DNA of 64,000 nucleotides from Lachnospiraceae bacterium (GTDB taxonomy: Bacteria; Bacillota; Clostridia; Lachnospirales; Lachnospiraceae): NCBI GenBank assembly GCA_036343235.1, contig JAZASQ010000002.1, positions 559-64,558 of the forward strand, written 5' to 3'. Below the pieces are notes generated by a model that saw only the letters and a list, made by a program, of their open reading frames with translations, did not search any database and was not told where the DNA came from. Both the position numbers and the translations under genes were made by a program. Below are positions 9,181 through 18,822 of this stretch, piece by piece; positions within the stretch are counted from its first letter, which is position 1; every line of letters begins with the position of its first letter.

Positions 9181-9392
9181 ATTCATAATTCATAATGCAT
9201 AATGCATAATGGCTTGTTAAATGAAAGCCATCAAAATATGACATTACGAATTATGCAGTTGAAAAAATATTTTTATCTTTCTTACGTTCCGCGGAGCTAA
9301 TTATGCATTATGCATTATGAATTATGCATTTTATTATGCATTATGAATTATGCATTATGCATTTTATTGTGCATTATGCATTATGCATTAAA
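9181..9392. repeat. ATGCAT-containing heptad (TTATGCA/TTATGAA) microsatellite array with about 30-bp inverted arms
   Basis: The left arm, 9181-9210, has 4 heptads in inverted orientation. The right array, 9299-9392, has about 12 heptads arranged in 33-bp super-repeats punctuated by TTTTA. Confidence 0.85.
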
Positions 9393-9393
9393 A

Positions 9394-10602
9394 TCAGCCC
9401 TCGTACTTCTCAACAACCGTAGCGCAGCCCATGCCGCCGCCGATGCAGAGGGTAGCGAGACCTCTCTTGTAGTCGGCATTGTGGATCATGTTGTAGAGCA
9501 GGGTGACAAGAATACGGGCACCGGAAGCTCCTACGGGATGGCCGAGGGCGATGGCACCGCCATTGACATTGAGCTTCTTCAGGTCAAAGCCGAGCTCCTT
9601 GCCGACCGCTACGGACTGGGCAGCGAAAGCCTCATTTGCCTCATATACGTCGAAGTCATCGATCGTAAGGCCGGTCTTCTTCAGGACCTTCTTCGTAGCA
9701 GCTACAGGGCCGACACCCATGATAGCCGGATCTACGCCGCCGAGAGCGCCTGCAATCCAGGTTGCGATGGGCTTAACGCCGAGTTCTTTTGCCTTCTCTT
9801 CAGACATTATGACGAGGGCTGCAGCACCGTCGTTGATACCGGACGCGTTTCCGGCAGTAACTACTCCGCCGGGATAGATGGGGCGAAGCTTTGCAAGGGC
9901 TTCCATGGAAGAATTCGGACGGGGTCCCTCATCGGTATCGACAATGACGGTCTCCTTCTTCTTCTTGACCTCGATTGGAACGATCTCGTCCTTGAAGGCG
10001 CCGTCTTCCAGAGCCTTGCAGGCCTTCTGCTGGGAAGCAAGGGCGAACTCGTCGAGCTCTTCCCGGGTCAGATGCCAGCGTTCAGCGACATTGTCCGCGG
10101 TCTTGATCATGTGGTAATCATTGTAAACATCCCAAAGGGCATCCTTGACCATCGTATCAACGAGGGCATTCTGGGTCTGCTCGTTCGGCCACATCATACG
10201 GTAGCCGTAACGGCCCTTGGGGATTGCGAAAGGAGCAAGAGACATGGATTCCATACCGCCGGCAACAACGACATCCGCATCGCCTGCGATAATCATTTCA
10301 GCCGCCTGGTTCACGCAGTTCAGACCGGATCCGCAGACAACGTTTGTCGTAACAGAGGTCGTCTCAACGGGAAGGCCTGCCTTGAGTGTAGCCTGACGGG
10401 CGGGATTCTGGCCGAGGCCTGCCTGGATGACGCAGCCCATATATACATGCTCTACGTCCTCAGGCTTGATGCCTGCGCGCTTGACCGCTTCTTTGATAAC
10501 GGCTGCGCCGAGGTCAACTGCAGGGATGGTGGAAAGCTCGCCGCCCATGGTGCCGATGGCTGTACGACATGCGCTGGCAATAACTACCTTTTTTTCTGCC
10601 AT
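9394..10602 (-). CDS. thl: Acetyl-CoA C-acetyltransferase (thiolase)
   Basis: 402-aa thiolase II sequence with the C-terminal motif [18 protein letters not shown]...LCIGGGMG. Confidence 0.92.
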   Translation of the reverse strand: MAEKKVVIASACRTAIGTMGGELSTIPAVDLGAAVIKEAVKRAGIKPEDVEHVYMGCVIQAGLGQNPARQATLKAGLPVETTSVTTNVVCGSGLNCVNQAAEMIIAGDADVVVAGGMESMSLAPFAIPKGRYGYRMMWPNEQTQNALVDTMVKDALWDVYNDYHMIKTADNVAERWHLTREELDEFALASQQKACKALEDGAFKDEIVPIEVKKKKETVIVDTDEGPRPNSSMEALAKLRPIYPGGVVTAGNASGINDGAAALVIMSEEKAKELGVKPIATWIAGALGGVDPAIMGVGPVAATKKVLKKTGLTIDDFDVYEANEAFAAQSVAVGKELGFDLKKLNVNGGAIALGHPVGASGARILVTLLYNMIHNADYKRGLATLCIGGGMGCATVVEKYEG

Positions 10603-10671
10603 AGTTCTTGTCTCCTTTTTCCTTTTCTCGTAAGGTTCCGAAACTAACGGTTGCAGTTTTGGCGAAAGTTC

Positions 10672-10689
10672 GTGTTAAATTTTTAACAA
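10672..10689 (-). promoter_or_regulatory. Candidate Rex (redox-sensing repressor) operator upstream of thl
   Basis: The minus strand reads TTGTTAAAAATTTAACAC. This matches the clostridial Rex consensus TTGTTAANNNNTTAACAA at 13 of 14 defined positions. It lies 70-87 nt upstream of the thl ATG. Confidence 0.6.
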
Positions 10690-10742
10690 TCGAAAGTAAA
10701 AAAATATAACGGCCTTTCGCACCGACGCATTAGAGTATACTA

Positions 10743-10777
10743 CAAGAAAAATCCCCCTGCAAGAAGCAAAGGGGATT
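10743..10777 (-). terminator. Rho-independent terminator after the cell-wall hydrolase gene
   Basis: AUCCCC...GGGGAU stem followed by UUUUCUUG on the minus strand. Confidence 0.55.
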
Positions 10778-10803
10778 TTACAGAAATTTCATATTTTCTT
10801 TTT

Positions 10804-12384
10804 CTATTGCCCGGAAACTGTGTCAGTATTTTCAGTTTCGCCAGAAGATTCTGCTGCGGAACCGGTATCTGTTCCAGTACTGTCCGCAGGAGTCTCAGGA
10901 GTATTGTTGTCAGCAGGGGTCTCCGACGTACCATTATTGTCGGCCGCCCCGCCCTCTCCGGCAGTACCTGTATGGTCCGATGTCCCTGTATTTCCGGCAT
11001 TGTCCGCTGTTCCGGTATTCTCCGCATTGTCTGCTGTTCCATTATCCGTCTTATTGGAATCCGTATTGGCATTCGACTCCGTATCCGACTTCTTCTTGGT
11101 CTTCCAGGAGTAGAAGAAAACATGGGCCCCGATCTGCTCATACTCAGCGATGCCGAAACTGTCGGCCGCCGCCTTCGTCATGAAGAAGAGCCAGTCACCG
11201 GACCGCTTTCCGGCAATGACTTCCTGAGCCACCTTCAGGCACTGGGCATCGACACCCTTATTGACATAGTAGTTGACCATTCCCGAAGAATAGGAAGAAA
11301 ACTGCCGATTCTGGGTGATGACGCCGGTAATGGTATTAGGGAAGAGGGAGGACTTGACCCGGTTCATGATGACAGATCCGACGGCCAACTGGCCGGTATA
11401 GCCCTGGTTCCAGGCTTCTGCCTGAATCGTCGCCGCGAGGAAAGTCGTTTCGTCCGTAGATGCACTGACGGAGCCGGACGTATCTTCGTGCTTCCCGCCA
11501 GCCTTCTCTTCCATAGCTGCCTGCTCGGCCGCAATGGCTTTCGCGTAGGCCGCCTGCGCACTCGCAGCCTGGCTGTCAAGAGATTTCTTCTTTTTCTGAA
11601 GGGCGCTGAGGCTCGCTGCCGCAGCTGCCGCATCTCCGTTCGCATCGGCCAGGTCCGCGTTCGCATCCGCCAGGTCAGCTCCTGCTGCCGACCGCAGAGC
11701 CGCATACTGCCCCTGGGAGGCATTCAGGACCTCCTGATAGGCCGTGAGGTCGGACTGCTTATCCGCAATGGCCGCCTTCTTCTCTTCGATTTCTGCCTTC
11801 AGTTCCCTGTATTTGGCCAGCATCTGCCGGTCATAGGCCATGAGGGAAGCCACCTCGTCCGCCTGATTCAGGGCATCCGCAATGGAGCCGGAATTAAAGA
11901 GAATTGTCAAAAGGTTCGTCTCGGACTTGTTTTCATATATATAGGCAATGCGTTTTTTCATCGCCGCGTACTGGCTATCGATGGCCGCTTCCGCCTCGGC
12001 CAGCTGGTCCGTTACCGTGTCCATCTCGCTCTGGGTCGAAGCAATTTCCGAATCCGCACTGGCAATATTTGCCTGAACCTCATTCAAAAGGGTCTGGTAC
12101 TTCTGCACTGTAGCGCTGGCATCAGCCACGTCGGAGGCTGCGTCTTTGACCCGGCCCTCTGCCGCCGCCTTGTCCCGCACTGCCTGGTCTATGGCCGCGT
12201 TCGTCTCTTTTGCCTGCTTCTGCAGCTCTTCCAGACGTCTTTTCGCGTCAGCGGAGGACGCATCCGCTTTGAGGGAAAAGAGGTCCACCGGTCCCGCAAA
12301 TGCCGTACAAAAAACAGCGCCCGCCAATATGACGGCCGCCAGGATACGGATATGTTTTACATTAGTAATAAAAAACCTTCTCAT
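10804..12384 (-). CDS. Secreted cell-wall hydrolase (SleB/CwlJ Hydrolase_2 domain) with an N-terminal coiled coil and a low-complexity tail
   Basis: An N-terminal signal/TM segment is followed by a long Ala/Glu/Lys coiled coil. Next comes the SleB-type core (ATIQAEAWNQGYTGQLAVGSVIMNRV...ITQNRQFS). The tail is a T/G/N/D-rich repeat. Confidence 0.7.
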   Translation of the reverse strand: MRRFFITNVKHIRILAAVILAGAVFCTAFAGPVDLFSLKADASSADAKRRLEELQKQAKETNAAIDQAVRDKAAAEGRVKDAASDVADASATVQKYQTLLNEVQANIASADSEIASTQSEMDTVTDQLAEAEAAIDSQYAAMKKRIAYIYENKSETNLLTILFNSGSIADALNQADEVASLMAYDRQMLAKYRELKAEIEEKKAAIADKQSDLTAYQEVLNASQGQYAALRSAAGADLADANADLADANGDAAAAAASLSALQKKKKSLDSQAASAQAAYAKAIAAEQAAMEEKAGGKHEDTSGSVSASTDETTFLAATIQAEAWNQGYTGQLAVGSVIMNRVKSSLFPNTITGVITQNRQFSSYSSGMVNYYVNKGVDAQCLKVAQEVIAGKRSGDWLFFMTKAAADSFGIAEYEQIGAHVFFYSWKTKKKSDTESNANTDSNKTDNGTADNAENTGTADNAGNTGTSDHTGTAGEGGAADNNGTSETPADNNTPETPADSTGTDTGSAAESSGETENTDTVSGQ

Positions 12385-12890
12385 CTGCAGGATGTGGAAA
12401 TTCCCTCGACGGCCACAGCACCGCCCCGGATGACATCTATGTGTTTGAAACTCTCGCGAAGGAGGGCAACGAGTTCGTCATTGCGGCGCTCCGTCAGCGT
12501 GCTCTCGAGGATGACGGCGTCGGGCCCGATGTCAATAGGTTTTACATCGAAAGTCTCCGCGATGCGGAAGACCTCGGCCTTCTCCTCGCTTCCAATCTGC
12601 TTGATCTTGGCGAAAAGAACCTCTTTCATATGTATCGGCACATTTGTGAGATCGATTACCTTGATGACCTCGATCATGGAGTTCAGTTGCTTCTTGATCT
12701 GCTCGAAAGTCACATCGTCCGAGGAGACGCAGATGGTCATGCGCGAAACGTCCGGATGCTCCGTCGTGCCGACGGTAAGGCTTTGAAGATTGTACCCCTT
12801 GGCCGAAAAAAGGCCCGAAACCTTTGCAAGGACGCCCGCTTCGTTTTCGACGTAGAGGGCTATCCAGCGTTTTTTCATTATTCCTGCCAT
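12381..12890 (-). CDS. ilvN: Acetolactate synthase small (regulatory) subunit
   Basis: ACT-domain N-terminus (ALYVENEAGVLAKVSGLFSAKGYNLQSLTVG), directly downstream of ilvB. Confidence 0.88.
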   Translation of the reverse strand: MAGIMKKRWIALYVENEAGVLAKVSGLFSAKGYNLQSLTVGTTEHPDVSRMTICVSSDDVTFEQIKKQLNSMIEVIKVIDLTNVPIHMKEVLFAKIKQIGSEEKAEVFRIAETFDVKPIDIGPDAVILESTLTERRNDELVALLRESFKHIDVIRGGAVAVEGISTSCR

Positions 12891-12898
12891 AGTTCCCC

Positions 12899-14626
12899 CT
12901 ACTTAAGAATCATGTCGTCAATCGGGTTTCCGCTCTTTACCATGGGAAGGACGTTTTCGTCGAATGCGATGTCGAATTCCACAAGGGTGGATTTGCCCGC
13001 CCGGGAATTGGCCTTCGCCGTTTCAAGGGCATGAATAATATCGCCCTCGTCATTTATCCGCAGGCCGCATACGCCGTAGCTCTCCGCCCACTTCATGAAA
13101 TCCGGTTCGTAAGGCGGGCAGAGCTCCGACGGCCCTTTGCAGTTTTCCGGGCAGTCCTTTCGCCGTCTGAGACAGGTGATTTCATACCGTTTTCCGTAGA
13201 AGAACTGCTGGAACTGGCGGACCATCCCCAGGTACTGATTGTTTATGAGGACAATGATAATCGGTGAATCATTTGTTACAGCGGTTGCCATCTCCTGCAT
13301 ATTCATCTGAAAGCCGCCGTCGCCGGTGATGGCAATGACGTCTTTTTCCGGACAGGCAATCTTCGCTCCGACCGCCGCCGGGAATCCGAAGCCCATGGTC
13401 CCGAGACCGCCGGAAGTAAACATGGGGCGGCTCTTCGTCACGGGCAAAAACTGCATTGCCCACATCTGGTGCTGGCCCACGTCCGTCGTCACAATGGCTG
13501 CGGGGAAGACTTTGTCAATGCCCTCCATAATGGTCTGGGGAGAAATGCCGTGACCTGCTTTCATGGCAAGCGGGTGTTTCTTCTGCCATCCGTCGATTTC
13601 TTCTATCCATGAATCCGTTTTCATGGGCTCGGCCCATTCATTCATCTTTGAAAGGGCCAGCTTCGCATCCGCCACAACAGGGATGTCCACAACCACATTT
13701 CTGGAAATCGAAGCCGTATCAGCGTCCACATGGATAATCTTCGCGTTCGGGGCGAATTCATTGAGGTCTCCGGTAATCCGGTCATTGAAGCGGGTCCCGA
13801 TGGAGAAAAGGACATCGCAGTGAGTAATGGCCATATTGGAAGCGTACCGCCCGTGCATGCCGGCGTTTCCGACATACCAGGGAGAATCTTCTGATATGGA
13901 GCCCTTCCCCATGATGGTCGTGACAACAGGAATCTTCATTGTGTCAACCAGAGCAGTAAGTTCCTCTTCCGCCCCGGAAATCCGCACGCCGCCGCCTGCC
14001 AGAATCAGGGGTCTCTTTGCGGAATGAAGGAGCTTATAGGCCTTCTTCAGCTGCCCTATGTGGACACCGGTATTGGGCTTATAGCCGCGGAGGTGGATTT
14101 CTTCCGGGTAGTCAGGCGAGCCCTGTGCGAGCTGTATGTCCTTCGGAATATCGATGAGGACCGGCCCGGGCCGCCCTGTAGATGCCACATAGAAAGCCAT
14201 CTTGATCCGGTGGCCGAGCTCCTCGCGCGAAGCCACTGTGTAGGCGTCCTTGGCGGTGGACCTCACCATACCGACGATGTCAACCTCCTGGAAGGCATCG
14301 TTTCCTATGAGAGAGCGGTTGACCTGGCCGGTCACGATGACGAGGGGAATCGAGTCATAGCGGGCGTCCGCAATGCCTGTGATGGTGTTCGTAGCTCCGG
14401 GGCCGGATGTGACAAGGACGACTCCTGTCTTTCCGGTAGCCCTTGCGTACCCTTCCGCCTCGTGGACAGCCGCCTGCTCATGGCGGGCCAGAACGACGCG
14501 GATTTCCGTCGTCTTATAGAGCTCGTCGAGGATGTCCGTCACCATGCCTCCGGGATAGGCGAATATCGTATCCACCCCTTCAGCCAGGAGCCCCTTCACA
14601 AAAAGTTTTCTTCCGGTAATTTCCAT
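12899..14626 (-). CDS. ilvB: Acetolactate synthase large subunit (ThDP-dependent)
   Basis: 575 aa. It has the ThDP-binding motif GDGGFQMNMQE and typical AHAS N-terminal sequence. Confidence 0.9.
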   Translation of the reverse strand: MEITGRKLFVKGLLAEGVDTIFAYPGGMVTDILDELYKTTEIRVVLARHEQAAVHEAEGYARATGKTGVVLVTSGPGATNTITGIADARYDSIPLVIVTGQVNRSLIGNDAFQEVDIVGMVRSTAKDAYTVASREELGHRIKMAFYVASTGRPGPVLIDIPKDIQLAQGSPDYPEEIHLRGYKPNTGVHIGQLKKAYKLLHSAKRPLILAGGGVRISGAEEELTALVDTMKIPVVTTIMGKGSISEDSPWYVGNAGMHGRYASNMAITHCDVLFSIGTRFNDRITGDLNEFAPNAKIIHVDADTASISRNVVVDIPVVADAKLALSKMNEWAEPMKTDSWIEEIDGWQKKHPLAMKAGHGISPQTIMEGIDKVFPAAIVTTDVGQHQMWAMQFLPVTKSRPMFTSGGLGTMGFGFPAAVGAKIACPEKDVIAITGDGGFQMNMQEMATAVTNDSPIIIVLINNQYLGMVRQFQQFFYGKRYEITCLRRRKDCPENCKGPSELCPPYEPDFMKWAESYGVCGLRINDEGDIIHALETAKANSRAGKSTLVEFDIAFDENVLPMVKSGNPIDDMILK

Positions 14627-14629
14627 AGA

Positions 14630-15133
14630 TTAGAGCTCTTTCACATCATTGTTGTAATAGGAAGTGAAGGTGTATGCGATGTCGAAATAGGTATATTCCT
14701 CACTCTCGTCGTGGACAGTCCAGTTCTCCTTCTCGTCGAGATTGGGGAAATGGGCATCTGCATCGTAGGCGTAGTCAATCTTCGTGATATAAGCCACCTT
14801 GCAGTAGGGCTCGAACTGGCGGTAAACGGACTCTCCTCCGATGATGAAGACGTCATCCGAGTCGTAATTCTTCAGCAGCTCCTTCAGTTCACTGATATTG
14901 TGGGCGATGGTCGCGCCCTTCACCTCATAGTCCGGCTTTCCGCTCAGGACGATATTTGTCCGCTTGGGCAGGGGCCGCCCGTTCGGGAAGCTCTCCAGCG
15001 TATGCCGTCCCATAACGACGACGTTTCCCATGGTCGTCGCCCTGAAGAACTGCATGTCTTCAGGAATCTGTATCAGGAGGCTGTTGTTCTTCCCGATTCC
15101 CCAGTTTTTGTCTACTGCTGCAATCAAGTTCAT
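14630..15133 (-). CDS. folA: Dihydrofolate reductase
   Basis: The start is set at MNLIAAVDKNWGIGKNN, a DHFR signature, which avoids overlap with thyA. Confidence 0.88.
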   Translation of the reverse strand: MNLIAAVDKNWGIGKNNSLLIQIPEDMQFFRATTMGNVVVMGRHTLESFPNGRPLPKRTNIVLSGKPDYEVKGATIAHNISELKELLKNYDSDDVFIIGGESVYRQFEPYCKVAYITKIDYAYDADAHFPNLDEKENWTVHDESEEYTYFDIAYTFTSYYNNDVKEL

Positions 15134-15146
15134 ATTTTCCCGCTCC

Positions 15147-15995
15147 CTACACCGCAATCGGAATGTTCTCCACCTTGGCGCCCGTCACATAGTTTTCAAG
15201 GCTCACGTCGTCCGGCGTGAAATCGTAGAAGTCATGCACATCCGGATTCAGGTGGAAAATCGGAGCCGGATACTGGGGCCTTGTGATGAGCTCTTTAATG
15301 ATATCGACATGCCTGTCATAGATATGGGCGTCCGCAATGACGTGGACAAGCTCCCCGACTTCCATATCGCAGACCTGAGCCAGCATGTGGACAAGGACGG
15401 CGTACTGCATCACGTTCCATGAGTTCGCCGCCAGGACATCGTTCGAGCGTTGGTTCAATATCGCGTTCAATGTAAGCTTCTCATGCCCCGGCTTCTGGGT
15501 GACATTGAAGGTCATGGAGTAGGCACAGGGGTAGAGGTTCATCTCGGAGAGGTCCGCATGAACATAGATATTCGTCAGAATCCGCCTTGAAAACGGATTG
15601 TGCTTGAGGTCATAGATGACCCGGTCCACCTGGTCCATATCCCCCTCGGGATAGTGGTGCTTCACGCCCATCTGGTAGCCGTAGGCCTTGCCTATGGACC
15701 CGTCCGGGTCCGCCCACTCATCCCAGATGTGGGGCTTTAAGTCATGAATATTGTTGGACTTCCGCTGCCAGATCCAGAGCATCTCGTCCGTGCAGGACTT
15801 GATGCCGGTCTTCCGGAGCGTCAGGGCCGGAAACTCCTTCGAGAGATCGTAGCGGTTTATGACCCCGAACTTCTTGATGGTATAGGCCGGAGTCCCATCC
15901 TCCCAGTGGGGGCGGACCTTCTGCCCTTCCGTGGACGTCCCGTTTGTAAGGATGTCCGTACACATGTCAACGAAAATCTGATCTGCAAGGCTCAT
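15147..15995 (-). CDS. thyA: Thymidylate synthase (ThyA type)
   Basis: 282-aa ThyA sequence with QRSNDV...ADAHIY motifs. Confidence 0.9.
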   Translation of the reverse strand: MSLADQIFVDMCTDILTNGTSTEGQKVRPHWEDGTPAYTIKKFGVINRYDLSKEFPALTLRKTGIKSCTDEMLWIWQRKSNNIHDLKPHIWDEWADPDGSIGKAYGYQMGVKHHYPEGDMDQVDRVIYDLKHNPFSRRILTNIYVHADLSEMNLYPCAYSMTFNVTQKPGHEKLTLNAILNQRSNDVLAANSWNVMQYAVLVHMLAQVCDMEVGELVHVIADAHIYDRHVDIIKELITRPQYPAPIFHLNPDVHDFYDFTPDDVSLENYVTGAKVENIPIAV

Positions 15996-16081
15996 GCCTC
16001 AGTTCGCTCCTTTGCGGTTTATATTAGTCATGACCCATATGTATCCGAACGCCAATGGCCTTTTCCGGTCAAAAGTCCGCT

Positions 16082-17746
16082 TCATTCTACGCCGCCCTCG
16101 ACGTGGAATTCCTGAATGAGGTCCTTGAGGTGCTCGGCCTGGTCCGTCATTTCCTGGCTGGAAGCGGACGTCTCCTCAGCGGAGGCCGCATTCGTCTCCA
16201 CGCCGCCGGCAATGCGCTGAACGGACTCCTTGATGCTGGTAACCGCATCGGACTGTTCCTCCGTCGCCGTGACGATTTCGTCAATCTTCGTCTCTATCGT
16301 GCCGGCAGAAGCCGCTACCTGCTCGAGCGTCGCTGCCGCGTCGTTTGCGATGTCTATGCCGTTCTGGACGGCCTCAAGAGCCGCATTGATGAAGCCCGTC
16401 GACGTCTTCGCCGCTTCAGCGGACTGGTTGGCAAGAGACCCTACCTGATTGGCGACGACGGCAAAGCCCTTGCCCTCTTCTCCGGCTCTTGCCGCCTCGA
16501 TTGAAGCGTTCAGGGACAGGAGATTCGTCTGGGAAGCGATCTCGTCGATTGTGGAAATGATATTGCTGATCTCGTGGGAGGTCTCGGAGATGGAAGCCAT
16601 GGCCTTGACCACGTCCTGCATCTTCTCGTTGCCGACCCGGATGCCGTCCGTCACGGCCTTGACTTCATTGCTCATAGTCGTCGCATTGTCGGCGTTGGCC
16701 CGGATCTTGTCCGTGATGTCGGAAATGGAATCTGAAATATTCTGAACGACATTCGACTGGTCCGTAGCGCTCTCAGCAAGCTGGGTCGCCGCCTGGGCAA
16801 TCTGTCCCGAGCCCATCGTGACCTGGCCGGACACGGCCCCGATTTCCCGGATGGAGTCGGAAAGGTGATTCGTCAGGTAGTCGATGGAGGACTGAATATT
16901 GCGGAAGTCGCCAATATAGTCCTGGTCGAAGGATACGGCCAGTTCCCCGTCGGAAACCTCCTTCATGGCCCGGTCTATGTCGCCTATGTAGTAGGAAATC
17001 TGGCTCATGGCCCGGCGCAGGGACTCGGCCACTTCGCCGATCTCATCGTTTGCCGTATAGGCAATCTCCGCATTCTGGATATTGCCCAGCTCAAGCTCCT
17101 TGGCCCCTTCCTTGATCTCATCCAGAGGCTTCTTGATATCCGCCGTGATCTTTGCTGCCGTCTTTCTCGAATTCAGGAAGGAATAGAGACCGACGAGAAC
17201 AATGACGGCGAGGTCAACTATGGAAGAAACTATGATGGCATGATACTTCGTCGCCGCCAGAGTCTCCGCCTTGTTGCCGGCGGATTCAAACGCATCGGCC
17301 AGCTCCTCGGACACTGCATTGAAAGATTCGCGATATTCGGACACAGCCGCTTCCGTTCCCTGGGACTCGGCCGTCTGAAGAATTTGTTCGGAAGCCTCCG
17401 CCAAAGAATCCACCTTGGCCTCCGCATCGGAGACATCCTCGTTTACGAGCTGACCCAGCTTTGTGATATCGGCCTTCATGGACGGGAAGCGCTCCTCAAG
17501 GTCCGCTCTCTGCTCGTCAATGACGTCCTGCTCTCCCGTCGCTGCCGCAAGGAGGACCCGCTTGTTCACGGTCTGAATATCCTTGCGGACGCCGAGCTGC
17601 AGCTGCTCAGCCGCAAATTCCTGGCTGTAAAAACTGCCGGCCAGGGCCCCGTTTGCGACGAAACCTGCGATGGCCAGAATGCCTACGATTACAAGATAGC
17701 GTGTCAGTTTGTCAAACGCTTTCTTCAGCCGGACTGCGATGCTCAT
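16082..17746 (-). CDS. Methyl-accepting chemotaxis protein (two TM helices, HAMP, MA domain)
   Basis: TM1, an extracytoplasmic region of about 150 aa and TM2 are followed by HAMP. The MA signalling domain carries [25 protein letters not shown]. Confidence 0.88.
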   Translation of the reverse strand: MSIAVRLKKAFDKLTRYLVIVGILAIAGFVANGALAGSFYSQEFAAEQLQLGVRKDIQTVNKRVLLAAATGEQDVIDEQRADLEERFPSMKADITKLGQLVNEDVSDAEAKVDSLAEASEQILQTAESQGTEAAVSEYRESFNAVSEELADAFESAGNKAETLAATKYHAIIVSSIVDLAVIVLVGLYSFLNSRKTAAKITADIKKPLDEIKEGAKELELGNIQNAEIAYTANDEIGEVAESLRRAMSQISYYIGDIDRAMKEVSDGELAVSFDQDYIGDFRNIQSSIDYLTNHLSDSIREIGAVSGQVTMGSGQIAQAATQLAESATDQSNVVQNISDSISDITDKIRANADNATTMSNEVKAVTDGIRVGNEKMQDVVKAMASISETSHEISNIISTIDEIASQTNLLSLNASIEAARAGEEGKGFAVVANQVGSLANQSAEAAKTSTGFINAALEAVQNGIDIANDAAATLEQVAASAGTIETKIDEIVTATEEQSDAVTSIKESVQRIAGGVETNAASAEETSASSQEMTDQAEHLKDLIQEFHVEGGVE

Positions 17747-17900
17747 GAATGCCTCCTTATAACTAATGTAGTTCCCACTTGTATCCCTTCGGCTTCACTC
17801 CCGACAGAAAACCGGAATATACCGTACGGTGACCGGATTCGAGTCTTTCCGCACATATGGAGTTATTATAGCAAAAGCCTTTCTCAAAATACAGCCGCTG

Positions 17901-17929
17901 TTGAAAAAAGAAGCCCGCTGGGCTATAAT
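17901..17929 (+). promoter_or_regulatory. Sigma-A-type promoter for the small ORF 17980..18240
   Basis: TTGAAA, a 17-bp spacer, then TATAAT. Confidence 0.5.
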
Positions 17930-17979
17930 ACCGGGCAGTGCCGCAAAGCACCCAAATCATTAAAAAGGAATTGAGTATT

Positions 17980-18240
17980 ATGAGTCAGGAAAAAGTAGAA
18001 CTGAAGCAAAAAGAAAAGCAAAACATGAAGAAGATCGTAAAGAAACGGAAGCGCAATGCTCTTGCTGCCGGCATTTGCGCAGCAGCCATTGCCGCCGTCT
18101 TCGTTGTCTGGATTTCCTTCTCCGCATACAAAAACTATCAGGAGGCAAAGTCCGGGGACACAAGCGTTCCTTCCTATGCCCTGGACCTCTCCGCTCTGAC
18201 GGACTACAGCCAGTCCATGGAAAGCAGCAATTCCAACTGA
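17980..18240 (+). CDS. Hypothetical small membrane protein
   Basis: 86 aa from MSQEK, with SD AAAGGAA. It has a Lys-rich N-terminus and one TM helix. A terminator follows. Confidence 0.45.
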   Translation: MSQEKVELKQKEKQNMKKIVKKRKRNALAAGICAAAIAAVFVVWISFSAYKNYQEAKSGDTSVPSYALDLSALTDYSQSMESSNSN

Positions 18241-18271
18241 GTCCAGTTCAATTGAGGTTTCAAAGGCACAT

Positions 18272-18325
18272 TTCCGGGCGGAAGCGGCGCACAGCCCCGG
18301 CTTTCCCGCCCGGAATATTTTTTTG
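18272..18325 (+). terminator. Rho-independent terminator
   Basis: The 10-bp stem TTCCGGGCGG/CCGCCCGGAA is followed by TATTTTTTT. Confidence 0.6.
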
Positions 18326-18344
18326 AAAAAAATTAAATTCGTGC

Positions 18345-18373
18345 TTGACAGAGTCGGGGCAAATGAGTATTAT
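18345..18373 (+). promoter_or_regulatory. Consensus sigma-A promoter driving tRNA-Gly
   Basis: TTGACA, a 17-bp spacer, then TATTAT, about 45 nt upstream of the tRNA. Confidence 0.7.
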
Positions 18374-18420
18374 ATCACTTGTCGTCGCGAGAGCGAAGCA
18401 CCTCAGGCGGCAAGCACAAT

Positions 18421-18493
18421 GCGATAGTGGCGTAGTTGGTAACGCGCGACCTTGCCAAGGTCGAGACCGCGGGTTCGAGTCCCGTCTATCGCT
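18421..18493 (+). tRNA. tRNA-Gly (anticodon GCC); CCA not encoded
   Basis: Manual cloverleaf fold. The acceptor stem is GCGATAG/CTATCGC. The D stem is GCGT/ACGC. The anticodon stem is CGACC/GGTCG with loop TTGCCAA. The T arm is GCGGG-TTCGAGT-CCCGT. Confidence 0.85.
18473..18490 (+). repeat. Direct repeat copy 1 (within the tRNA-Gly 3' end); att-like
   Basis: GTTCGAGTCCCGTCTATC is identical to 20515..20532. Confidence 0.85.
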
Positions 18494-18497
18494 TAAA

Positions 18498-18534
18498 AAT
18501 ATCGGGTACCCCAACGGGGTACCCGATATTTTTA
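18498..18534 (+). terminator. Rho-independent terminator after tRNA-Gly
   Basis: The 15-bp stem AATATCGGGTACCCC / GGGGTACCCGATATT has loop AAC and a T-run after it. Confidence 0.8.
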
Positions 18535-18822
18535 TGTCATAGTGTAGATATCAAAACCACGTCTATGACCGCGGAATATCATAAGGAGGGGCCCAGGCAA
18601 AGGCTTTCAGAGCCTTTGCCTGGGAAGATTCCTTGTAATGTTCGAGTCATACCCGGGACATACGAAACGTGTCTCCGACCGCGGAATATCCTGGGGAGGG
18701 ACCCGGTTAAGATTGGTTAAGACTTAACCAGCCTTGACCGGATTGATAAAGCGAGTTGCACTTCTTCTGCGCGGGTTCTGCCAAACACAATATTCCTCCG
18801 CTATAAGGTAATAAACTTCCTG

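Noticed and set aside
8279-9244. Long version of hbd with a 29-aa N-terminal extension.
   Set aside because: The extension is encoded by the heptad repeat. The internal ATG has a perfect SD and begins exactly at the Rossmann motif.
9310-10647. 445-aa plus-strand ORF beginning MHYELCILLCIMNYALCILLC.
   Set aside because: It starts inside the heptad microsatellite and then runs antisense to thl. It is an artefact.
10807-12786. 659-aa plus-strand ORF.
   Set aside because: It is antisense to the cell-wall hydrolase and ilvN genes. It is a shadow ORF.
16055-16504. 149-aa plus-strand ORF downstream of the plus-oriented TATATTAGTCATGA motif.
   Set aside because: It is antisense to the 3' part of the MCP gene and has no SD. 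It is noted only because the motif might drive an antisense transcript, which is unproven.
18556-18704. Two GACCGCGG-containing repeats considered as decayed extra tRNA 3' ends (serial att sites).
   Set aside because: Similarity to the tRNA is limited to 8 nt. The flanks do not align with the tRNA T-arm or acceptor, so they are kept only as an internal direct repeat of the islet.
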